From contig CAWCNS010000005.1 of assembly GCA_963796965.1 (NCBI GenBank), positions 288,001 to 352,000 on the forward strand: DNA of 64,000 nt, written 5' to 3'. Positions 55,713 to 64,000 of the stretch are shown one piece after another. Made by a program: the position numbers and the translations under genes. The notes under the pieces are model-generated. The model was not told the DNA's origin and ran no database searches. It was given only the letters and a program-made list of their open reading frames with translations. The number at the start of each line of letters is the position of its first letter. Position 1 is the first letter of the stretch. Source of the stretch: Calditrichia bacterium (GTDB lineage Bacteria > Calditrichota > Calditrichia > JAJRVZ01).

Positions 55713-56115
55713 TTATGTCAATTTATCATTTGCAAATACCATACCATTTAATGCAAAATAATTTTAATTAAATTGAAAGGTAATAATTGAATATTCAATA
55801 TTCAATAATCATCACGGAATGCTCAATTGAAAGGCTAATCGTCAAATGTGAAACAATAAATTGTATTTAGGGAAGAGTAAATCTTATTTTTTTGTCATCC
55901 CGGAGGGATCTTCCCGAGTACTAATGAGGATCTCTATTATTAAATATCCAATATCCACCAGAAGAATGTCCAAGGTCAAAGGGTATAAAAGGCAGAGGTA
56001 TGGCATGGACCGATTATCTAAAAAAAAGAATGAAACCATTCGTGTAATTCGTACTAATTTGTGAAATTAGTGGAAAAATATCGTTTTCTCTCTTGGCGAA
56101 AGAAGAATATACAGA

Positions 56116-57064
56116 TCAAAAAGTGCCATAAATCCCAAAACGGTTCACCGAACCAAGAGCCCCCATAGAGGAGAAGGCATAATCAAATCGGTAGCCTTTC
56201 CAAACCAATCCAAAGCCCAAGCGAGACACCTGCAAATCCATCATCCTTGCCCGTTTTGAGATCACTATGGAGTTCATTTTCATAACCTAACCGTAATCTG
56301 AGTAAATTTGAGAGTGTAAATTCACCACCAATGGAAAACTTTGCCAACCGATCCCATACCGACTCTTCATATGCATTCAGGTCATTTAAATTGAGGCTTA
56401 GTTCTAATGGTAAGTGCTCTAATTTTTTACTTACACCAAGACGCAAACTAAGAGGTAATGATTCTTTAGAATCAATGTATGCATCTAATGCTTTACCAAC
56501 ATTTAACAGAGAAAGTCCAAAATAAAGATCATCACTAAAGGGTGCCGCATACATTAATCCGAAGTCCAGGGCTAATGCGTTAGCCGTATAAAGATCTATT
56601 TTTGAATGGACATATTTAAGTGTAACACCATAAGAAAAGTATTGCTCCAGCTCATCAGCATAGGATAATGCAAACGCCAGATCGTAGGCACCATAGGATC
56701 TACCGGTCATCTGGGCAAAGTCATCGGTCTCATCAAAATCGCCATAATCCATCCAAATCACTGAACCTGTTATTTGACCATATCCGTTAATCCGTTGTGT
56801 ATAGGCCGCCAATCCACCTCCGAAATCAATAAGATAGTCAATATAATTAACGGCAAATTGGCGTTCTTCTGTAAAAGCCAGAGATGACGGGTTGTGGTAG
56901 AGGCCATTAACGTCACCACGCATGGCAACAAAAGAGCGGCCTAAGCCGGCAGCACGTGAGCTGTATTCTGTCCGTAAAAATTCAAACCCCGCGGTCCCAT
57001 CAGCAGCATGGACATTAGAAAGGGAAAATACAAACAGTAAAATTAAAAACACAGATTGTTTCAT
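56116..57064 (-). CDS. PorV/PorQ family beta-barrel protein (frameshift near C-terminus)
   Basis: FEFL...RAAGLG...HNPS; C-terminal RFGIYGTF in shifted frame. Confidence 0.78.
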
Positions 57065-57167
57065 AGAAGTCCTGACATTCAAAATGGTTATGATCCTATT
57101 TTACACCTTTAAACGCTATAAGTTCAAGGGTTTGTAAATTTTTCCTCCCTGACTTATTAAAAATGCA

Positions 57168-57962
57168 TCAAAATCGATTCTTTCCGCATTGACCAATGGG
57201 TTTACCCAGAAACCGGGTTCCGACTTCATCGAACTTATCAGGCATATCACTGACATAGCATTTAAAATTTCCTTTATTTGTCTTTTCATCTTTGCCCTCA
57301 GATCCGTCAGTCATTTCCTGAACAATTTTTGCCGCTTCCTGTCCTGAATCAATTAAAGCAATATCCACTCCCGCCTCTTCCTGAATCAGATCTCTGATCA
57401 CAGGAAAATGTGTACAACCCAAAATGATCGTATCAATACCTTTTAACAATAATGGTTCCAGATATTTCCTAACCGTAAGGCGTGTAATTTCTTCATTGAT
57501 CCACCCCTCTTCTACCAATGGTACCAAAATAGGACAGGGTTGTCCATAGACTTCAGCCTCAGGATTTATTTCTTTAATTTTCTTATTATAGGCCAGACTG
57601 TTAACAGTTGCTGTAGTCCCAATTACACCAATCCTATTATTTTTAGATTTGTTTACAGCTGCGGTCACCCCGGGACCGATCACACCGGTAACCGGAATAT
57701 CTAATGTGGATTTCAACAAATCCACAGCTACAGCCGATGCCGTATTACAGGCAACGATCAGAATTTTGATTCCATATTGTTCTAAAAAGGCTGCATCCTC
57801 CAACGCATATTGCCTGATCAATTTAACCGAGCGGGTACCATAGGGCACGCGGGCCGTGTCACCAAAATAAACCAGGTCTTCTTCTGGCATCAATCGGATT
57901 AACTCTTTTACGACGGTTAGCCCACCAATCCCAGAATCAAATATGCCTATCGGTCCGTTCAA
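57168..57962 (-). CDS. murI: glutamate racemase
   Basis: FDSGIGGLTV, PYG, VACNTAS, LGCTHF. Confidence 0.95.
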   Translation of the reverse strand: MNGPIGIFDSGIGGLTVVKELIRLMPEEDLVYFGDTARVPYGTRSVKLIRQYALEDAAFLEQYGIKILIVACNTASAVAVDLLKSTLDIPVTGVIGPGVTAAVNKSKNNRIGVIGTTATVNSLAYNKKIKEINPEAEVYGQPCPILVPLVEEGWINEEITRLTVRKYLEPLLLKGIDTIILGCTHFPVIRDLIQEEAGVDIALIDSGQEAAKIVQEMTDGSEGKDEKTNKGNFKCYVSDMPDKFDEVGTRFLGKPIGQCGKNRF

Positions 57963-58148
57963 ACTAAATCGCCCTTTTATATCTCAAAATTGCTTGATAT
58001 TTATTTGTATTCTCTCGCAGAGACGCAAAGACGCAGAGAAAAGACAAAATTAAAGAAAAAAAATATCACGAATTTTCAAGAAAAATTAATATAAATACTT
58101 CCATACCCTCTTCGCTCTACTCTACACGCTCTCTCTATCTTCTCTCTT

Positions 58149-59757
58149 CTATATAGTCAATGTACTGTTAATTAAATAGTCTTTCTCAACTTCTGTTTTG
58201 TATTTCTTGATACCGTTTAAAATACCTTCAGCAATTTTTTTCTGGGTTGTTTTTTGTTTAAGTAATTTTTCCTCATATGAATTTGAAATATAACCAGCCT
58301 CTACCAGAATATTCGGCATAGTGGCACCCACCAACACCCAGAAAGGTCCCTGTTTTACACCCCGGCTGGTCATCCCAATTTTATTTAAGTTTAGATTTTA
58401 AAGAATTTTGTACTTCTGAAGCCAAAAACTGACTGCGCCTTATATTATCACTCTGCAACATGGTAGCAAGAATAAAATTCACACCTTCATACCGCTTTAG
58501 ATCCTGGCTGGCTTCATAGTCAATGGCCGAATTTTCTTTGAGAACAACATCTTTTGCTTTGGTATTTTTATCAGCACTGACAAAGTAGGTCTCAAATCCT
58601 GAAGGACGCCGGCTATTATTACTGTTGCAGTGAAGACTTATGAACATTTTTGCACCAACATCATTAGCGATTTTTGTTCGTTTCCATAAGGGAATAAACA
58701 CATCTTTTTTGCGTGTATAAACCACACGTACATCCGGGAGTTCTTTTTGAATCATCTTGCCCAGAGTTAATGTCATCGGTAAGACCAGGTCCTTTTCCCT
58801 GGCTTTACTATAACCAATAGCCCCCGGATCTTTTCCACCATGTCCGGCATCAAGGACAATTGTGTCTACCCGCCACATTTTTTTGCGCTCTTCTAACTCC
58901 TCCTTCAGTTTCTCATGCTCACGGTTCTCGGCAATGACTTCTTTCGTTCTCAGATTAACATGAAAATCAGTTCCTGTTGGCTCAAAAACTAATTCTTTTG
59001 AAAGTACCTCTTTTTTTAATTTAAATGAAAGAGAAGCGGTTTCATCCATCTGAAAAGCCTGAACACGTGAGATTATACCAGATGGTTGAACCGCGGTTAT
59101 ACTTGCCGGATCAATTTTAGCACCATAAACATCAATGTGCAGCCAACGGTTACGGATATCCAGGGTTATTTCCTTTTCTTTGAACCGCTTCGATGCAAAA
59201 ACATCAATTAATGTACCATTCTCTTTTGCAACAATACGGACACCGGTAATATTTACATCCGTTTCTTCAATGCGCAATTCCTTCTGTTCAGCACTATAGT
59301 GCCATGAGAATGGTGTATATTTGTCTAATATCTGAATCGTATAGTCGAGGGGTATCCATACGGCTTCATCATGCCAGATACATTCCAGAGGTATCTGAAA
59401 CACCTGTGAATTAAATTTTACAAAGGTGTTATCTGCAGTAAATGTCACCCGGTCTTTTTCTATATAAAGGACACTTTTCTTCTTTGGTTCATTTGTGTAC
59501 ACACCCAGATGCAGGGCTTGGGCAAGATCTTCAAGAGAGATAAACAGATAGCCCCATTGTGCAATAAGTTGCAGGGGTTCATTGACTCTTAAGGAATCTG
59601 AACGGACCGTAATTCTACCGGCTAACTGGGCAGACTCGTCACGAATCGATCCTGATTTGGCACTTTTGCCAAAAAGGGCAAGCGGATTCAGAATAAAAGT
59701 GGATAAAGATGATGTAAGAAAAGTAATAAAATTTCGACGATGCATAACAACTTTCAT
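58149..59757 (-). CDS. N-acetylmuramoyl-L-alanine amidase (Amidase_3) with Tat-like signal; frameshift near 58380
   Basis: HRRNFI; LDAGHGGKDPGA, FISLHCN, GFETY, ILVEAGYISN. Confidence 0.9.
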
Positions 59758-59951
59758 TGCTGGTTTTTTAAAATTAACTATAAATTCAATTTCAATCAAT
59801 CCCCTACCCCATTTTCGCACAATTGTGTGGTTCGGAGAAATCGATTCGCCGAATCCCGTATCTGCTCTCTCATATCCCCTACCATTTTCCTCTTGAAAAA
59901 TTCATCTAAATCCTCTAATCTTTAATGATCAATAATCAGACCGGGAGGAAT

Positions 59952-60858
59952 ATGCCAGTTTTAGAGGTTAACAGGATATGCAAATCATATGGTGCATTTA
60001 AAGCAGTCGATGATATTAGTTTTGAGGTTGAACCGGGTCGTATGTATGGGGTATTGGGCCCAAATGGCGCAGGTAAAACAACAACCATTCGCATGATAAT
60101 GAATATTCTTCTGCCTGATAGCGGTGAGGTATCGCTCTTTGGACAAAAGATGAATGAAGCGTTAAAGGATAGAATTGGCTATTTACCTGAAGAACGTGGC
60201 TTATATGTAAAAATGAAGGTCATTGATATGCTCGTTTTTTTAGGGAGATTACACAATATGAATCAAAAAGAAGCCCTGGCTGTATCTGATAAATGGCTTG
60301 GAAAATTGGATTTATCTGAATGGCGTGATAAAAAAATCGAAGAATTGTCAAAGGGTATGCAACAGAAAATTCAATTCATCGGTACGATTATGCACAATCC
60401 GGATATGATCATTCTCGATGAACCCTTTTCAGGTTTAGATCCTATTAATACCCAGGTGATTAAAGATATCATGATGGCATTACGCGAGGAGAACAAAGCC
60501 GATTATGTTTTCAACTCATCAACTGGATTCAGCAGAGAAATTGTGTGATGATATATTGCTGATCAATAAAGGGAAAAAGGTCCTCGATGGTGATCTGAAT
60601 GCTGTGAAGAAACAATATAGCCGGGATGCGATACAAATTGAATATGAGGGAGATGGTGAATTTCTCAAGTCCCAGGAAATAATCGAAAGATCAGATGATT
60701 ATGGCAATTATGTTGAGGTCATACTCAAAAATGATGCCACACCAAATCAGTTATTAAAAATATTGCTCGAGAAATTAAAGATCAAACGATTTGAATGTAC
60801 ATCTTCAAGCCTGAAAGATATATTTATTGAGACCGTGGGGAGGGATCAGGATGTCTAA
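59952..60858 (+). CDS. ABC transporter ATP-binding protein (frameshift near 60500)
   Basis: GPNGAGKTT, LSKGMQQK, ILDEPFSG, STH. Confidence 0.92.
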
Positions 60859-62116
60859 AATGTTTACCATTATTGCCCGAGAGTATAAAGAAAGTGTCTT
60901 TAAAAAAGGATTTATCATTAGTACGATTCTAACGCCCGTCTTAATGCTGGGTGCTGTCTTTATCCCTGCTATTCTTACAGGCGTGGAGACGGAGGAGTCC
61001 TATACGATAGATGTTATCGATCGTTCAGGTATCGTATTTGAAGAATTAAACCAACGTATGAATCCTGAGAATGATTCGGGAACCGTGAAATATGTATTTA
61101 GCAACATCACAACAACTCAGAATAGTGATGACGATTTGATAGCAAGCGCAAAAGAAAAAATAAAAAAGGAATTATTGGACGGCGTTTTATACATCCCCTC
61201 TGCCGTACTGGATTCCGCCAGGATGGAATACTATGCACGTAATGTCACAAATTTCAATCTCAACAGACAGTTAAGAAGTACCGTAAATGATATCGTATCT
61301 GAACATCGAATAGCCAAAAGCGGATTGGACCCTCTACTCGTCAAACAATTAACCCGCTGGATCAATCTGGCTACGGTAAAAGTAAAGGAAGGTGAAGAAG
61401 ATAAAGAATCTGGTTTTCTGGAGGAATATTTTATCACCCTTGCTTTTGTGATGATACTCTATATCACTATCCTGATTTATGGTGCAACGATTATGCGTGG
61501 CGTATTGGAAGAAAAAAATTCGAGGGTCATTGAAGTTTTACTTTCCTCTGCCAACTCTTTTCAATTGATGGTCGGAAAGATTATTGGGCTAGGAAGTGTT
61601 GGACTCAGTCAATATATCATTTGGTCTGTTTTGGGCCTTTCTATTACACTTTATGGCGGGGCGATGGGTGGCTTACCCATTGACAAGATTTCATTTGATC
61701 CGATTATTTTTATATACTTTGTCCTCTTTTTTCTTTTAGGATATTTTTTATATGCAACCATTTATGCTGCCTTTGGTGCAATCTCGAACTCAGATCAGGA
61801 GGCACAGCAGGCCTCATTTCCAGTCGTCATGCTTCTGATCATCCCCCTGGTTATGATGACATTTATCGTAAAGAATCCACAAAGTACGATCTCAGTCGTT
61901 ATGTCCATCATTCCATTTTTCTCCCCGATTCTAATGTTTACAAGGATCAATACAGGTACACCAACCTCCCTTGAAATATGGGGATCGATACTACTTCTTA
62001 TTGTGACAACAATTTTCAGCATATGGGTGGTGTCAAAAATCTACCGGATCGGAATATTATCCTATGGCAAGAAACCAACCTTTGCGGAATTATATCGGTG
62101 GATTAAAACGAAGTGA
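60851..62116 (+). CDS. ABC-2 type transporter permease
   Basis: EEKNSRVIEVLLSS, GKIIG; multiple TM segments. Confidence 0.9.
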   Translation: MSKMFTIIAREYKESVFKKGFIISTILTPVLMLGAVFIPAILTGVETEESYTIDVIDRSGIVFEELNQRMNPENDSGTVKYVFSNITTTQNSDDDLIASAKEKIKKELLDGVLYIPSAVLDSARMEYYARNVTNFNLNRQLRSTVNDIVSEHRIAKSGLDPLLVKQLTRWINLATVKVKEGEEDKESGFLEEYFITLAFVMILYITILIYGATIMRGVLEEKNSRVIEVLLSSANSFQLMVGKIIGLGSVGLSQYIIWSVLGLSITLYGGAMGGLPIDKISFDPIIFIYFVLFFLLGYFLYATIYAAFGAISNSDQEAQQASFPVVMLLIIPLVMMTFIVKNPQSTISVVMSIIPFFSPILMFTRINTGTPTSLEIWGSILLLIVTTIFSIWVVSKIYRIGILSYGKKPTFAELYRWIKTK

Positions 62117-62129
62117 GATTGGATTTTTA

Positions 62130-62212
62130 GATTCGCGATACGGGATAAGAGATGGGAGATATGAGATTTGGGATGCGGGATACGGGATCCCATATCAGGC
62201 ATCTCATATCCT
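62130..62212 (+). repeat. heptamer tandem repeat array (GATNNRN)
   Basis: GATTCGC GATACGG GATAAGA GATGGGA GATATGA GATTTGG GATGCGG GATACGG followed by short inverse units. Confidence 0.8.
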
Positions 62213-62242
62213 TGACCAAGAACCGAGAGCCAAGCACCCTGA

Positions 62243-62932
62243 TTAACTCAACCGTCTCACATTTTTTTTAATCCACTTTTGAATTTGTTCGTATTCCGGA
62301 AACTGATGTTCGGCTTGTTTGAAATCCCTGGAATGGATCTTCCGCCTACCATTATTTTCGATGATGGGAAAATAGATGTGCAGCATTTCATGATAAAGCA
62401 GATAGCGAACTATTTTCTCAGGCACACGATTATCATCGAAGATACGACTGATGACGATCAGGTTTCGGGTGGCATCATAAAATCCTAAGCGGGTATAACT
62501 CTTGTTTTTGCTCCAGCCCATCACCGGACGCTCTAACAGAGGTTCAAAGTATTCAGCGTTCAATTCATCAAATAAGTGGTTAAGGTCAAACACTTTTCCC
62601 CAGGCAACATATCCTCCTAACCCATGAGTCCTTCTTTTAGGAAGATTATCTTCAATATTTGAAACAAAGGTCCGGTAAGCCTGGCGAACTTCCCCATCCA
62701 CTTTGATCTTATAAACTTTGGAGAGGAGTATAATCGCCAGATGTTCAATAATCAATGTAGGTGCTGTTTCCAAATAACTGCTTACCTTTACCCTGATTCG
62801 CCAGGGTGTCCATTCAATAGTATGCCGAAGACTTCTATAGGGGTGATATACGGCTTCAATCTTTCTACGCTTGCGGAAAAAATGTTCATCATGGACATGA
62901 TTAAATATTTGTGTTAACTGTAGATTGTTCAA
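62243..62932 (-). CDS. SprT/M48-like zinc metallopeptidase domain protein
   Basis: FDELNAEYF, YLLYHEMLH, HSRDF. Confidence 0.8.
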   Translation of the reverse strand: MNNLQLTQIFNHVHDEHFFRKRRKIEAVYHPYRSLRHTIEWTPWRIRVKVSSYLETAPTLIIEHLAIILLSKVYKIKVDGEVRQAYRTFVSNIEDNLPKRRTHGLGGYVAWGKVFDLNHLFDELNAEYFEPLLERPVMGWSKNKSYTRLGFYDATRNLIVISRIFDDNRVPEKIVRYLLYHEMLHIYFPIIENNGRRKIHSRDFKQAEHQFPEYEQIQKWIKKNVRRLS

Positions 62933-62958
62933 TTAGTCTCTCTCGTGTGTTATGGGAT

Positions 62959-63049
62959 ATCTCGTATCTCGTATCACGAATCCCGCATCCCAAATCTCGT
63001 ATCCCAAATCTCATATCCGGAATCTCATATCCGGAATCTCAAATCCCAA
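62959..63049 (-). repeat. heptamer tandem repeat array, 13 units, inverse of the 62130 array
   Basis: ATCTCGT ATCTCGT ATCACGA ATCCCGC ATCCCAA ... ATCCCAA. Confidence 0.85.
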
Positions 63050-63054
63050 TTATC

Positions 63055-64000
63055 CTAGAAACGATAGTTATACTGAAATTTAATCCGTGCGGCACTTTCT
63101 GTAATTGTAAACCTCTCAAAGGGATCTATTGAGATTGAATTCCAAACCAGATTCAGTTCGTTTCCAGGAGTCAAGATCCAGCGAAACCGCGATTGCCAGC
63201 CCATTTGTTTGGAATAATTGTCATATTGGATAAAATTATTCAGCGTAATCTCCGGGCTAAACAAAATATTTGCCTTAAAGCGATATACTTCGCGGGTAAA
63301 ATCTATCTGACTCAGGGTCCCTTCCGTATAATCAACATCAAATCCTAAAAGTAATGCTACAATCACTTTATAACCACTCTGAAAACTTATAGTCTTGCGC
63401 TCACCGTTATAAAATCCACCCCAATTATAGGCCAATGACACCCACAGATTTCTCCTCTTTGCCGTTGAGAAAAGTGCACGATACTGTTCAAACTGATAGG
63501 TACCCATTGGGAGAGGAATGGATGATATCGTATCGGGTTCGCTGAGAAAATCATATTCGTGAATAAACTGGAAATTAAACTGATCCCCGGATGTAAAATT
63601 TACTCCCAGAGGCTGAAGTTGAATCTCCCGGGTTAACAGTTGATTTCCCATATTCGTAAGGTAGTCAATGGAGGCAAGAAAGTGGAATTGTAAAATCCCC
63701 CATCGTTGTGGCCGGGGACTAATCCCCCCTTCCAGATAGGTGTTTCTGATATCTTTTCTGGGCACAAAACCAATCCCGGCATTAAAATTTTTGTCGATTT
63801 GGTTATACCCCGCCCTAAAATTTATAAAATCATTGGGATAATTGATCTCCGCCCCAAACGAATTATCATTATTTGAGATTGTATCGGTTTTTGATTTTAA
63901 CCCATAAAGAAGGAAGGATAGATTTTTATTTCCTGCAAAAGTTGAGGTAGCTAGTTTAAGGTCCATCCCCAGAACGTAATTATTTAGTGCTGAATTGGCA
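63055..64000 (-). CDS. outer-membrane beta-barrel protein, DUF5916-like (partial, runs off window)
   Basis: NFNAGIGFVPR, GGFYNG, QSRFRW...PGNEL, terminal KFQYNYRF. Confidence 0.7.
   Translation of the reverse strand, partial: ANSALNNYVLGMDLKLATSTFAGNKNLSFLLYGLKSKTDTISNNDNSFGAEINYPNDFINFRAGYNQIDKNFNAGIGFVPRKDIRNTYLEGGISPRPQRWGILQFHFLASIDYLTNMGNQLLTREIQLQPLGVNFTSGDQFNFQFIHEYDFLSEPDTISSIPLPMGTYQFEQYRALFSTAKRRNLWVSLAYNWGGFYNGERKTISFQSGYKVIVALLLGFDVDYTEGTLSQIDFTREVYRFKANILFSPEITLNNFIQYDNYSKQMGWQSRFRWILTPGNELNLVWNSISIDPFERFTITESAARIKFQYNYRF

Noticed and set aside
62130..63049. CRISPR array
   Set aside because: Units are 7-nt tandem repeats without spacers; no cas genes in the window

Overview
Bacterial chromosomal window, AT-rich. 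The gene set (T9SS-type C-terminal domains, PorV-like protein, Agl/Glt-like motor genes) suggests a Calditrichota/FCB-type organism (inference). Many essential genes (aspS, secA, tpiA) are split by single-base frameshifts, most likely consensus sequencing errors. Housekeeping blocks lie at 1-25.2 kb and 49-64 kb. Between tRNA-Leu(GAG) (25163-25247) and hisS (49090) is an accessory region. It starts with a degenerate phage-type tyrosine integrase. It then contains a minus-strand integron-like cassette array with no intI in the window: an attI-like site, a non-coding segment, a hicAB cassette and a membrane-protein cassette. All three attC sites are broken, each by a different mobile element: an IS481-like IS, an IS1111 (IS110-family) element whose non-coding end matches its own target and donor junction, and a group II intron. 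Next to the array is a ~410-nt GC-rich, hairpin-dense segment with six GUAAGG motifs, a candidate undescribed structured RNA. A carbamoyltransferase/SxtJ/DUF5989/SGNH module bounded by a ~137-bp direct repeat follows. Several palindromic or heptameric intergenic repeat families are also present.
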